From the NCBI GenBank assembly GCA_963693365.1, contig CAVNZM010000005.1, positions 930,001-994,000 on the forward strand: 64,000 nt of DNA. Direction: 5' to 3'. Positions 12,678 through 60,301 of the stretch are shown here, piece after piece; the first letter of the stretch is position 1; every line of letters begins with the position of its first letter. The DNA comes from Amoebidium appalachense. Taxonomy: Eukaryota; Protista; Ichthyosporea. Position numbers and translations under genes: made by a program. A model generated the notes under the pieces. The model did not search any database. It was not told the DNA's origin and saw only the letters and a list, made by a program, of their open reading frames with translations.

Positions 12678-13193
12678 CTCTTTGTGTTTCGAGGCCCTGC
12701 TATTCAAACCAGTTGCCATCCAAAGCTTTAAAAATGCATTGATGGGCTGTATTTAGGTGGTCATGACTGCTTACTGGGCATGTAGCTCAGTCTTGTGTGC
12801 AGGGAGGAGCTGGAGGAAGGGGGGGGGGGGACACGGGAGAGTGGAATGGAAAGGGTTAGGGGGATGTTAATGGCAGGGGAATGGAAGGGGGTTTTGGGGA
12901 GAGGGGGGAGGGGGGGGGGGGGGGGGGGGAGGGTTTGAATTCGAATTCGATCGATGTTGCACATACGTTGAGTATCATACATATATCATGGGGGGTTTAC
13001 CCTGTTTACTCGAGGCAAAGAGAAACCAGTCTCAGGTATGGGGATTTTTTGCTCGGAATATCCCCTCAGCGGTATATCATGGTCACGTACATAGATGTCG
13101 GGTGATGACTATATATCAGGGTTTACTTTCTCTACGAGACACCATAAAGACTAAGAGAAATCAAGTAGTTGGGGTTCCCCCTTTTTTTTTTTT

Positions 13194-13285
<92 letters not shown>

Positions 13286-13329
13286 CTCCCCTGGGACACT
13301 CGGTATCAGCTGGTTGTGTGTGTGTGTTG

Positions 13330-13385
<56 letters not shown>

Positions 13386-13439
13386 CTAGAATTTTGTAGT
13401 GATGTGTTTCTCAAGCCAATCAATACATCTAATAAACAG

Positions 13440-13850
13440 GTCGTAGTTACGCGTGTTTAGTATAAAATGCAAAAATCAGGGATGTTGTAATTTACAGGTA
13501 GGTAGGCTAGCTTTCTGGGTGTCTGTTGTGAATGTGACACGTGTGTGTTGCGGTATTATGTGGTCTATCAAACTACATTTGGCGATACATGACCGTTTAA
13601 ACTGGTGTGTGTGTGTGTTGTTTGGGCATGCAAACGATGCCACCTTATACTTATTAGATCTCCACTGTATAGCACGTGTACAGTAAAAGCGTGGTAATTG
13701 ATCAATAATACCATCAGCTAGAGAAAGACCAGTTCGAATTCTACAGGAAGATAATATGTATTTAGGTGTTATACATTTGCGAGTGCCATATTTGGCAATA
13801 TGGTTGAGGCGGTCAGTATATATAAAACGAGACATAAGGCTTAGTTTTTC
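13440..13850 (-). mobile_element. Decayed 3' fragment of a non-LTR retrotransposon related to the 5240-6590 element
   Basis: ORF 13476-13835 (...DGIIDQLPRFYCTRAIQWRSNKYKVASFACPNNTHTHQFKRSCIAKCSLIDHIIP) aligns by eye with DQFVYELPFSYCVNALQWRCNKYKAFRYVC...HRFKRTCPQKCGLLSTCIP at about 6190-6360. Confidence 0.75.
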
Positions 13851-14128
13851 AAGGTGTCTGCTTTCATCGGGTCTAGTGTCTCATATATCATGATATATGC
13901 ATTGTGCCAGGCATCAGATTTGATACGGTGCGGCAGACCCCATAGGTTAGGTATTTGTGGTCATTTTAGCCTTTGTTCAATAGTATGGGCCAAAAAAGCG
14001 CTGTGTTGCACATGTGTGCACTTGTGCACCAAAGCGTCAGACTCGTCAGACTTGAAAACAACAAAAAATAATAATAATAAAAATTAACCAAGTTTCTTTC
14101 GGCCTTTTCAAGGTTTTCATCCGTTATC

Positions 14129-14150
14129 TTCCCGCCAATCGCCAGCCAAT
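14129..14150 (+). promoter_or_regulatory. Paired CCAAT boxes and an E2F-like TTCCCGCC site upstream of the SMARCA2/4 gene
   Basis: ttcccgccaatcgccagccaat lies about 490 bp before the ATG. Motif match only. Confidence 0.35.
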
Positions 14151-14634
14151 CACAGCTGTGTAATCTAAACAGATACGAATTTATGACGTAGTATTTATCT
14201 ACACACAATAGCATGGACTGACGATAGAATATAGTCTCAATCCTCCTCTACAGACTACAGTATTGACACACTCGCCATCTGTTCCGAGCCAACTTTCCCA
14301 AGGCAAAAGTCTCAGCATAACTATAGTGGCCTGAGGAGTTAGAAGTAGGGGAGTGATGGCATAGCAAGCCTAACAGCTATAAAATAACATACAGTTGTAG
14401 GTGATTTCAGGAAGACGAGGCTTACTCGGATGTGAAGTATTGTAGTCGTGCAGCTGGGCTATAAACCGAAAACAGGACCATACCTCAGCCCTAGTTTTTG
14501 CGGCATTGTAATGAACATCGTTAGAGTACGCACGCTAGAAAACACTAAGTTTATTTAGAGTATCTTTATAAGCAAGTGCACACTGTTGCCTCTCTGTTTT
14601 ATCTCACGCTCGCCTATGTCTGCCCCAGTCAAAC

Positions 14635-37838
<23,204 letters not shown>

Positions 37839-38035
37839 CCCCCCATCCACACAACCTCACACACACACAGGCGGGTGAGCAGCAGAGGAGGCAGGAGAAA
37901 AGGGGGGGAGGGGGGGGGGGGGGGCTGATGCGGCTCAAGAATGCATGCGAGAATAAATGCGCTTAGAATCTGAAAGGAACGAGATGGAATGCTTGCTGGC
38001 CGCTTGCCTCACGCTGTTCCAATACGCCTGTTTGC

Positions 38036-38084
<49 letters not shown>

Positions 38085-38247
38085 ACCCACCCACCCACCC
38101 ACCTACCGCCCACCCGCGCAACCACCATCACCACCACCTACCCACCCACCCAATGCCCGCTTCCCCTACCCCACTCGACCACCATTATCACACAAACATC
38201 TCCCCCACACCCCGCCCCCAAAACACAACTGCACACGCGCGCAAGCA

Positions 38248-38316
<69 letters not shown>

Positions 38317-38998
38317 ACACCATTCATCCCCACCCTCAACTGCAGCCCCCGGCACTACCGACCCCCCTGTACCCACGTTTGGCTCTGCACCAGCCTTCAC
38401 CGTGCCCCTCCCAAACACACCAGCAAAGGATATCACTGTGTCATCGGGGGGGGAGGACTCGCCTGAATTCTGAAATCCTAGCAAACGACACACATATATG
38501 GGGCATATGAGCGACCAATCAGGTGCAATAACTGAATCAAATGTAACATGATCGACCAATTAAACACATACCCTCATTAATTTTGCGCACCTTACACCTG
38601 GTTTGACGTACATGTTTCGATGGATTGTGTTTCAATGAAATGTGTGAATACTGAGGATATGAAGTGTGATGGCAAGGAATAGATGTATGCATGGCTCTAT
38701 GGGCGCTACTAGCAGCATTGGTAGTGTTGCACGCGTATGACAAATGGAGTGAATGTACACAATACGTGCACGTATGGACGCATACTTTAGTATGGTGATT
38801 CAGATAGAGGGGAAGGTGTGTATGTATGGCATGGCTGTGTGCCCGAGATTTGATGTGTGCTGGGCGGTGATCATGCAAAACCTATTCAGATGGTCGTCAA
38901 TAAATCATTGTGTTTGCCGAGTCGATAAGCTATCGGTGCCCCGTGCATGACATGTGTGTGTGGGAGTGTTTGTGTGCGTGTTTGTGTGTGTGTGTGTG

Positions 38999-39033
<35 letters not shown>

Positions 39034-39433
39034 AATATGGAAAAATGGCTTACTCTGCCCCCCCTCCCCCCCCCCCCCCCCCCCCCCCCCCTCCTCCTTC
39101 GAATTCCCTTCCGATAGTCCCTGCTGCGGCCAATTTATTCTCCTTGGCTTTGAGCACTGTGGATATATCATTAGATTAATAACAATGTGTATGGAAGGTT
39201 GTAGAGTATAATTATGTAGCAGATCTGGTTAAAGAACGGTACGCACCCACAGTAGTACACTGGAATATGCACTTGCTCTGGTGGAGTATTATTATTAAAC
39301 TCACATGGCCGGGCGTTGATCAGAACGTTCAAAGATTGATTGCCGTGACAGCGGGGGATCAATTGCAGTGCACATTTATTGACCGTGCTTTGCCCTTCGG
39401 CACCTTCTGTAAAATGATAAGCCGTTCCGTGTT

Positions 39434-39466
39434 CACGGCCATCTAGAGAGTCTCTAGATGGCCGTG
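39434..39466. repeat. Perfect 16-bp inverted repeat with 1-nt spacer
   Basis: cacggccatctagaga-g-tctctagatggccgtg. Confidence 0.95.
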
Positions 39467-39852
39467 TTCGGTGTTCCATGGCTAAGCATGCTATGATAGT
39501 ATCGGAGGCATGCATATGCAACGGTGTGTATGCCCCCTTACTGGTGTCGGCGGTGTCATTTACCTGAGTAGGCCTACAAACAAAGTATGGCCACCTGTTG
39601 AATTGGACTGTGATACACGTGCACACGTGCAAGCTATAGCCCATGCATGAATTCGGCAGATAGATACACATCACCCTCATGAAGACATGTACACTTACCT
39701 ATACTGTAACACCGTACGATCGATCAGCCCGTAACTGAGTTATATAATCATTATCGATCACCGTGACGAATCATCATACGAACTATTGTAGCTCATATGG
39801 CAACCCAGCCCCACCCAAGTGTAGGCATGTGGGCAGGCGGGCTGGCTGGGAA

Positions 39853-39889
<37 letters not shown>

Positions 39890-40440
39890 CCTGGCCATGG
39901 CGCGTGCACGTGTGGGCACTGAGAGCAAAAGGCAAAGCTGGGCGTCACGGCGTGGTGATAAAAACACATGTATGAAGAAGGATGTTGATGTTGGTAAAGT
40001 TTACTCTCGCACCGTGTAGGGAGACGGGAAGTTGAACGTGAAGCGCACGTGTATATGTGGTACCGGTGGCCGGGGCGCCAGAGAAATACGGAAATGTGCT
40101 TACCGTACGAACTGATCAGCACACCATAGCTACGACACCATGGGTGGGGTAGCATCAATCTATGAAAAGGTGCATGTGAAAACGGTTGCCCCGCATTCAT
40201 CATACCGTTGAGTTTGTTAAATCTATTAGCTATTCGGCTCTCTTCTCGGTTTGTGCGACAAGTCACCCTTTACAAGCACTGAGGAGAGGAACTTCCCATA
40301 CTCCGTCCCCTCAGCCCCCCCTGGCCCTCTCCTGGGTGCCGGGCCGGGTGCTTGGCTCTGCAAGTTGTGCATATGCATCCACCCAATCCGGATGCCTCGA
40401 CTTTTGCCTTTCCTATTGGCTTGCAAGAACTTGACGAGGA

Positions 40441-40570
40441 ATAGAAGCCAATCGACACCAGACATAGACTGTGTGCAATGTTGTTCTTCAAGCCCGGACA
40501 TGACAAACTGAAATCTGACCCGGGGAAGGTATGAGCACAATACAGATCGAGTGTTTTTAAGAGTTTTTTC

Positions 40571-40608
<38 letters not shown>

Positions 40609-40720
40609 TTGGGGGGGGGGGGGGGGGGAGGGGAGAGGGGGGGGGGGGGGAGAGCCTCAGGGGAGGGGAGGGAGGGGGGGGGAGGGAGCAAGAGAGAGAG
40701 AGAGAGAAGGAGGGGGCCCG

Positions 40721-40799
<79 letters not shown>

Positions 40800-40826
40800 G
40801 GTGGTGGTGGTGGTGGTGGTGGTGGT

Positions 40827-40873
<47 letters not shown>

Positions 40874-41074
40874 GGGACAGTGAACGTGGAAAGACAAGCA
40901 GATTGCAGAATGCCGATATATAGAAGCCAATCGACACCAGACATAGACTGTGTGCAATGTTGTTCTTCAAGCCCGGGCATGACAAAGTGAAATATGACCC
41001 GGGGAAGGTATGAGCACAATACAGATCGAGTGTTTTAAAGAGTTTTTTCTTTTTCTTTTCTTTTCTTTTCTTTC

Positions 41075-41113
<39 letters not shown>

Positions 41114-41210
41114 GAGAGAGAGAGAGAGAGGAGGGGGGGGGGGGGAGGGGAGGGAGGGGGGAGGGGAGGGAGCAAGAGAGAGAGAGAGAGAGAGAAGGAG
41201 GGAGCCGGGG

Positions 41211-41257
<47 letters not shown>

Positions 41258-41326
41258 TTTTTTTTTGGTGTGGGGGGGGGGGGGGGGGGGGGGGGAGACA
41301 GTGAACTTGGAAAGACAAACAGATTG
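40441..41326. repeat. Tandem segmental duplication (~480 and ~410 bp units) containing microsatellites
   Basis: atagaagccaatcgacaccagacatagactgtgtgc...tggaaagacaa.cagattg begins at 40441 and again at 40920. Confidence 0.92.
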
Positions 41327-41391
41327 TCGCGGGGGGGGGGCTTGATTAATTGTCGTACACGTGCCACACATACACATACTGTGGCAGTGGT

Positions 41392-41423
<32 letters not shown>

Positions 41424-42119
41424 GTGCATATGCGTAAGCACATATTTAATCGGAGCCCCCTGGGCTGGGGTGGAAGCGGATGTGTAATGCATCGATGTGT
41501 GCACACATTCGTACCCCAACGTTTCTCCGAAGTCCCACAATTTGTACAATACCCGAAAGTTTTTCTGAGTCCCGTCCCCCCCGCGCCCCCCACCCACTTC
41601 TTTACATGCCCATAGCAGGCATCAGCCACTCAATAGGACACCAGCACCATTTGAGGATCATACCAAAAGCCTCTGTTATGGTCCAAGTAGGTGGGGACGT
41701 TTTTGGAGGGCAAGTTTCTGAAAGTCACGAGGGAATACCAACGGAATTCAGTAAGCCCCACAGGGTGTGGACACGTGGCCCATGCACTTCATTTCGGTTA
41801 ACCCATCGTTTATTTACACTTCAATCATTCACTTTTATCATATGCATGACATCTTGCAGAACACATGCTATCATATGACCTTCGACAATTATCACCTACA
41901 CTATGTATATCCACTCTAACTTTATGTGCAACAACGTCACTATCATCAGCTGTGTGAAAAAACACCTCACACACACACCTTCTACTAGATAGGCTTTTCA
42001 ACAACTGCTCTGTCCGGCAGAGAAAAACAAGATACAAGCATCTCATAACTTTCGTACATCACGTTATAGGCTGTGGCGACATATATATTGTGCATAACGG
42101 CACACGTTTTCAACCATTT

Positions 42120-42866
42120 TCATACGACCAGAGGAAAGGGGAAAGGGAGCACTCTTGCCGGGGCTGGTAATGTTCTACCGGCGTCCAGCTTTCGGAACTG
42201 AATAATGTGGGCTACCACAGCGTCTGCATCCGACGGTTCCATCGCGTAGTAGTCCTTGGTGCCATCTCGCAGCTCCACACCGAGAATTTTTCCAGACTCT
42301 GGCGTTATGCTCGAGTGCTTGCTTCGTGCTCCCTCTGAGCTGTAGTCTGCATCTGTGCACGCCTGGTTTCGTGATTCCTCGTCCAGCGTAGGCCGATTTA
42401 CTTGGCTTTTTCTCCTTGAACCTGTAAATATCGACAAAGCAGCACCAAGTGATGTTCTTGATTGGCTCGATGAAGTAATATCCGATACTGACACAGCTAC
42501 CACTTCTGCATAGGGAACTACCGTCTCCACTTTGCTGTCGAGCGTGTTGGAGTGCTTGGAAACAGCTACTCCGTTGGGAAGCACCCACAGAAAGACACGG
42601 TCAGAATGTGCTTTACGGAAACGAACACGGTGGTCGTTTCTTTTGTCTGCGTGTGCGCGAAACGCTGCATACGTGGGTGCACATTGAATAGAGAGTGAGT
42701 CGGAGGGAAGGGAGTAGAAAAACTCCTTCCGTTGTGTTTGGTGGACCGACATGGTGATGTTGGGTGTTTTTGGGTGGAGTTGATGCCTAGGGGGGCTGCT
42801 CATGGACTCGTCTTCAAGCACATGCTGAAGTGCAGGCCTAACCTTAAGTTTGGTTTCTGAGTGCAT
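42120..42866 (-). CDS. Single-exon hypothetical protein (~248 aa), possible PH/PTB-like fold with a Ser-rich insert
   Basis: Non-repetitive open frame from ATG 42866. A run of beta-like segments (VFLWVLPNGVAVSK, VETVVPYAEVVAVSV, ILGVELRDG, DYYAM) is followed by a helix (DADAVVAHIIQFRK), as in PH-superfamily domains. The fold call is inference. Confidence 0.65.
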   Translation of the reverse strand: MHSETKLKVRPALQHVLEDESMSSPPRHQLHPKTPNITMSVHQTQRKEFFYSLPSDSLSIQCAPTYAAFRAHADKRNDHRVRFRKAHSDRVFLWVLPNGVAVSKHSNTLDSKVETVVPYAEVVAVSVSDITSSSQSRTSLGAALSIFTGSRRKSQVNRPTLDEESRNQACTDADYSSEGARSKHSSITPESGKILGVELRDGTKDYYAMEPSDADAVVAHIIQFRKLDAGRTLPAPARVLPFPFPLVV

Positions 42867-45618
42867 GGGTATGTTTTTTTGCGCAAACTCCGAATGATAT
42901 GGACCACTACACAGGTTGCACAAAGAAAAACTCGCTTTCTCGCTACCCAGCTGTTTACGCCCAAAAGCAAGCCCGGGGCAGACTTGTTACCCCAACGAAA
43001 ATCTACTGATAATACACACCACTGTCCGTGTGCTATCTTTTCACATAACACACTTAACTTCTACGCCAGCAACAGTGTCACTTCACATCTCAAACTACAA
43101 TAACGGACTAAGGAATTATTTGCCTCTGTTCTCCACAAGGTGTGCTGAACGGTTTTCTATCTGTGTGCATTCTTAAACTCAGGGCACAGACCAAGGTGTG
43201 CTATTTAGGAGGCCTTGGCACAGACTCAAAGCTATCTATAGCGGCCCAATCAGCTAAACAAGGATAGGCGCCAGAAATACCAGCCAATAAGATCACAGAA
43301 CAGATTGCTACGAATTTAAGTCCAAAGGCAAAAAGCTTTTTTTGGCTCACAAAGTGAGCAATGACTGGATGAATGTCATGTATGTCCGCAACCGTTCAGC
43401 CGGCCGCAGGTTGGTATTGGTGCATCACTTCCCCTCGTGATCCCGAGAGACTCCTATCAATGGGGCTTGTCGAATCTGTATCAATATGGGGGTTTACACA
43501 CTATTAATTGCTGTGGACACTGTCTGGGGCCCAGCCATATGGATAATGGCTAGCTAAATTTAAGAAGAATAGCACAATATAGTAAAGCATTTATAAAGTA
43601 CATATACGACAACAATATGTATACACTTTAATCAAGATTAATTGTAACATCAACACAAGAACCTGTGCTCGTCTCGTTCAAGCTTAAGTCAATGAGGGCT
43701 CAATCCCAAATGAAATTTTCTGGGGAATGTTTTTGAAAATTTATGAATAATTTAACCAACTTACAAGTGATAATACAAGATTCTAGAAGATTAGAAAACG
43801 CATTAGGCCGTCAAGTGAGGCTGGGCAGGGCTGACGATGTCCACAGCAATAAATAGTGCGTACATAAACCCCTAGAGATTACGTATATACATACTGATTA
43901 CTGAGCACATTGATCGCATTAGCCTTTCTGTTCTTACCTGCTCGCCACCAGTGTCAGCATCCTCTTTAGATAATGTAAAATGGTTACCAGGCTGTTACCA
44001 GATTAGCGCTACGTGTCTCATAGTACATACTAATTTTACACTGTGGGATATCAGTGCCATTCCAGTTTATTTCATGTATCCGGACTCCCGTTTACCCACC
44101 TTAGTACTTCTTTAATGTACTAACCATAGAACCTTCCTAGTTTTTGCACCAGAAGGATGATATTAGCCGTAGTGGTGACCAGTACGAAGAAAAAGGCTGG
44201 AACTTAATGTGCCGGGGGGTTCAGTACAAAAAAACCAGCCGGCGGGTATGGGTATGGGGAGTTTTTGCTCGGAATCATGTGCCCACCCTGGCCATGGAAC
44301 TTGTATACCGCCAGTCAAGTGCTTAGAAAAAACTGATTTGAGAAAAAAAATTGAAATGTATTTACTTTTTATTATTTTTTTTTTTTTGTGGGTTAACGGT
44401 GGAGTTCGCGTGACATATTAACTTTTTGGCTAAATCACTGCCGTGTTCTCAATATGGGCTGGCAGCATGTGGTGACGTCACCATGTCGGGCTGTGTAGGT
44501 GCAAATATGGACAATCATTCTTGTATACTGCCATATCCACCTTCGTGGGCATAATTTTTTATTATATAATTGCTATGTGAAATACTCAAAAAATCTATAA
44601 ACATACTTCTTCTGGTTTACTGATTTTCAATACGATGACCCTGGAACAGTAGTGGAACTCTGGTGGCACATATGCATCTCCCGCTACTTCAGCTCTAGGG
44701 TGTGTATTACGCATGAATACCTGGATTTGAACATAAATAGAACTCTAAAAATATTTATGCGCCATGTCAGTGATCATGTCACTGTCAGAACTTCAGATGC
44801 ATCGGACTTTAAAAGGACTAGCAAAAGATAAAATGATCGCACGGTTTCAAAAACCCTCTTATAAACCGTGCTGTACATGTAACACTTATATTCATGCTAA
44901 AATATTATGGTCGTGCACAAAACAGCTGTGCTGAATCTGATATGATATATAATTGAGGAATTCTTGGCTACAGGATTCGATATTAGAATCATGTCACGAC
45001 TCACAACACTCATGATTACGACTCCGCCATCGCCGTTGGTTGGCGAGGTGCATGCGCATGACACTGACTGATAGGCTCAGCTGCAGTGGCACGTGTGCAC
45101 TGCGGGCCACTCGTATACACGACGTCACACGTGCAACCATATGCACGCACACACACACACTGCGGCATACACGCACGCACGCACACACACACACTTCGTC
45201 CCCCCCCCCCCCCCCCCCCCCCCCAAAACCATCACCCCTTTCATCTCTTTCATCGCCGAGCTGCTGTCTGCAGGCCCTCTGCCCCCTGACTGCCCTCCTC
45301 CCCCCCCCCCCCCCCCCCCCCCCCAAGCATGATCTTTGGGCCCCCCCCCCCTCTTTTCCCCTTTGCCCCTTTGCCAAATACCTGTTAGTCAAGTTTGCTT
45401 TGTGTAGTTGGACTTTTGCAGCATTCTGTCTGTGACGAGACTCTCACTCCCTCTTCGGACCCTCTCTCTATCGATGATCCCTTCTCTCAATACCCCTCCC
45501 CCTCCCCCTCCCCCCGGTCTAGCTCTCTCCCCCCCCTCTCTTCTTCTCTCTCTCTCCCCCCCCCCCCCCCCCCCCTCGCTTTCACTCTCTCTCTCTCTCC
45601 CTCACACACACACACACA

Positions 45619-45653
<35 letters not shown>

Positions 45654-45785
45654 CCCCCCCCCCCTCTTTCTTTCTCTCCCTCACCCTCTCTCACCCTCTC
45701 TCTCTCTCTTCTCTTTCTCTCTCTCTCTCCCCCTCCCTCCCTCCCTCTCTCCCTCCCTCCCTCCCTCCCTTCTCCCTCCCTCCCT

Positions 45786-45862
<77 letters not shown>

Positions 45863-47101
45863 CCTCTCTCTTCTCTCTCTCTTGTGTGCGCACCAAGTTG
45901 CTCTTATCCCCTCCCCCCCCCCCCTCGGCCCCCCTCCCCCCTGCCCCCCTCGGCCCCCCTCCCCCCTCCCCCCGAATGCTCCCCTCCCCCCCCCCCCTCC
46001 CCCTCCCCCCCCCCCCCCCCCTTTTATGCCTTTCTCTCCACAAACTCCGCTCCCACACATCCTATATTCCTACTTGTCTCTCTCTGAGAAAGACATAAAC
46101 AGCCACCCTGTTGGCACCATTTTGAGTCAGCCCGGCCAACCACACCCACAAAGCCGGGCTCAGGTACTTGTGACCATGCTACTGTCATATGCTTCCCCCT
46201 CCCCCCCCCCCCCACACACACACACACACACACTCGTTGATGTTTTCAGTTGTTTTACCAACGTTCGCCGGGAAGAACAACTTGAACATGGCATAATTCT
46301 TTTTGCAAGAATAGACTGATCCAGTCCACCTGGGCTTTCACGGGCGGTGTGGAACAAGGAAACTTAACTTCTCTTGAGAGCACATAGCTGGTGTTTAGCC
46401 AATATGAGAGCGAAGGGACAAGTATTATCACATGTGAACACCAATTGTTTGTTTGTGTGTGTTGATGTAAGGCCCATCATTGCATATGGGCACTTCAGTG
46501 CATCATTTCCGACAGCCTTTTTTACATCTCGGCGGTGGTTACAAGCAGAATAGAGGCACAATCACATAAGGGGGACTAGACTGGCAACACTTTTTTTGAG
46601 AAAGCTCATCAACACGGAACTAGTCGAAAATACCTAAATAAGGAACTTTTGGACTATACCGTAGTTTGCTCCACCACACATCCGTCAGATTCGTGTGTCT
46701 CCTTTGGACGAGGTGGTGGTGGTTACTGTGGTGGTGAAGAAAGGGAGGGGGGGGGGAGGGGGGGGGGGGAGGGGGAGAAGTGACGCGCGCGCGCGCGCGC
46801 GTGTGTGTGTCTGTGTTTTCTTTTTTTTTTTTTGAGGTGGGGGGGGGGGGGGGGAGCATGAGAAACAAGAGGGATTGCACTCTTTCTTTCTTGCTCTCTC
46901 TCTCTCTCTCCCCCTCCGTCCCCCCACTCCCACCCTCCCTCCCTCCCTCCCTTCCTCCCTCCCTCCCTTCCTCCCTCCCTCCCGCCCTCCCTCACTTCCT
47001 CTCCCTCCCTTCCTCTCCCTCCCTATCTTCCTCTCCCTCTCCCTTTCTCTATCTCTCTCTCTCTCTCTATCTCTCTAGCTCTCTCTCCCCGCTCCCTCCC
47101 T

Positions 47102-47249
<148 letters not shown>

Positions 47250-47813
47250 CGCTCCCTCCCCCCCCCCCCTCTCTCTCTTTCGGCACACTTGAGACTCAAG
47301 TCTCTCTCTTTCGGCACACTTGAGACTCAAGTGTATAGGCCGGTGCAGCAGCCTCAATGGCTCTGACTTTTCTGTGTGGGCTTTTCCAGGTGACGTTTTT
47401 GAGATAATGTGACAGCAGCTGGAGTGAGTCTTAGACCGCAGCCATGCAGGTGTGTGGGCATTATTGCGTGCATATGAATGCTGGTGGGGTGTTACACATA
47501 CACAGACACACACACAGAGAGAGATATATAGCGAGGGGGGTTAGCAGAAGCTGGTTAGTCGCACATGTGAGTGCCCTGGGTGCCTAACTTAGGCTGGTCT
47601 GTTTTTGCTGGCCATATGTTCGTGGATGTTTGTAGCCACATAGGAACTGTTTCTGTGTGCATGTTCGTACTTCGTTTCCTTTTTTTCTTTTTATGCAACT
47701 TAATTTCCTATCCTGCTAATAATGCTTGGTATTCCTTTCCTCCTCCTGCCTTTCCTTTTTGGTTCTGTTCTTATCCTGTTTTTTCTTTATTTTTCTTTTC
47801 CTTTTCCTTCTTT

Positions 47814-47849
<36 letters not shown>

Positions 47850-48071
47850 TCCTTTTTTTTTTTGTTGTTGGGGGGGGGGGGGGGGGGGGGGGGGGAGGGG
47901 GGAGGGGGGGGGGGGGGGGGGGGGGGGAGGAGGGGAGGGGGTGATGTCTGCTATGTAGTGTGATATGCAGCTGGGAGAGCAGCGAGAGGAAAAGGCGGGG
48001 GAAGGGTGGGGGGGCTGTTGGTGGTGGTGGTGGTGGGGGGGGGGGGGGGGGGGGGGGGGGGGCATTTTACC

Positions 48072-58331
<10,260 letters not shown>

Positions 58332-59045
58332 ACATGATCCTTGGGCATAGCTCCTGGAATAGACGTGAGGAGATGGTGGACTCTCTGGCGCAATATATCT
58401 ATTTGATGGATCGCTGAATGAATGACACCCCCCTCCCCCCTCCCCCTCTCGCGCTCTGTACACACCATGTCCGTGTGCACACACCACACACACACACACT
58501 CACACACATACACACACACACACACAAACACAAACACCTGCGCGAGCCAACACCCGGTCCGGACACATACATCCAAAATTGTAGTGCATGCGTCGAAAGT
58601 CCCCCTGTGTCTCCTTTGTTTTTTCCGACCATCCTCTATTTTAGAAATTCCTGATGCAGATATGTACGTATATGATATAATCTAGACATGTTTGTTCGTC
58701 ATTTTTATATTAAACAAGCGCTCCTGCACTTATTTCCTGTATTCAAAGGTTTTAGCCACACCCTTTTCCCCCCTGCCCCCATGAATGAGTTAAAGAGACT
58801 TGTATTCTAATCTGCCTAAACTAAACGCGGGCTTTAGCCACCCCGGTAGCTCACAGGCCTAGGTCTTAGGTTTTGCAAGTGATATGCTGAGAGCCAGATA
58901 TGTGTGCTGTGCACGCAGTCTGGAAATTAGGTAATTTTGATTAGGTATAAGAAAAATGCGAAATTGTTCGCCAACAATCGTTAAACATCAAAGAGTCCTT
59001 GTATGGAATAATCTCATGCAAGGCTCGGGGGCAGATAGACACGTC

Positions 59046-59083
<38 letters not shown>

Positions 59084-60102
59084 CCATGGAGGGGGGTGGG
59101 GGGTGGGGGTAGACCCGACCCGGTTAGACCCATCATGGCTCAGACACGACCCGACCCCCTGAGGCTCTGCCCGGCCTTACTACTGAATTATATGCAGCCT
59201 GCAATTACATGCATACTCTCACGTTTTACCAAATTATATCGCCCACATAGAGCATACAGCATTTCGCATTGAGGTTCGAATATCCTTTTTATCTAGTGCA
59301 TGGGGTTGCCAAACCTTTTGATTGGTGCCGACGGCTAATTATGTACAACTGTCCAGATACAGTGGTAGGTATGGATTCCATCATTCGAATCACACACACT
59401 TTTGTTGATTGCAAGTGCTAAATCATTTACCTTCTAAATCACTTCGTCATAGTATGGGTACAAATAAGGTGTATATCTGCGTCTAGTAATCATTTTTATA
59501 CATCTAGTAAACAACCATGTACATGTCTAGGCAGTCGACGAATTTTAATAAACATTAAGTAAAACAAGTGCGCCTAGACCGTTTCATTTGATACATAATT
59601 AAGCAAACATCTGCTTCCAGATATACATTTTGATATATCCAGAAAATAGCTGCACCTAAGTATCCATTTTTATACATACAGTCTCACCTGCACATATACA
59701 CCTTTGCACATGGGTACGACTGCCAGCTATGTTACTGAATAAATGCCATCTGATAATATACATGTGCTTGCGGCACACTGCACAGCATACATTGGAAAAA
59801 ACATACATCCGAAAATCACTTCGTGCATCTATACCAATCTAGATCACCTAGGGGCCTCCACCAATGGGCAATAAGGAGTTACCGACCTACCACACCGAAT
59901 CCTGCCATTTGATAGGATGGAAATCACATGCCGTATATTCGCCAACCAACCACATGCCATCGGACTGGGGCAGCCAGCACTCCGATTGGGACGTGGCTCA
60001 TTCAATCAAGCACCGCCGAACCAGCATATGATTGCCTGTCAGTCACACATCATATCATGCCGCAGCGCAGACGTGATCTGTGGAATTTGCACTCCAGAGG
60101 GG

Positions 60103-60268
60103 CTACCCTGTGAAGACTGTGGGGTGGGTCGAGTCAGGACATGTAATCACGTTACTCCCGCACCTCCCGTGTTCGTCTGCGTGACACTTCTCAAACACAA
60201 CAACCAGCTTCCTTGTTTGCATAAACAACCATACCCACACATGGGGACAGTGCTCAGCACGACACAAT

Positions 60269-60301
<33 letters not shown>

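Noticed and set aside
13010-13060. Short similarity to 44230-44275 (aaaccag...ggtatggg...tttttgctcggaat)
   Set aside because: Probably fragments of a dispersed repeat, but too short to define ends, TIRs or TSDs.
39171-39680. 169-aa minus-strand ORF
   Set aside because: No recognisable motif, and it reads through the palindrome, so it is probably a chance frame.
46230-46710. Complex-sequence patch with PYLGI, possibly an RT remnant
   Set aside because: All frames are interrupted and only one short motif is present, which is not enough to call.
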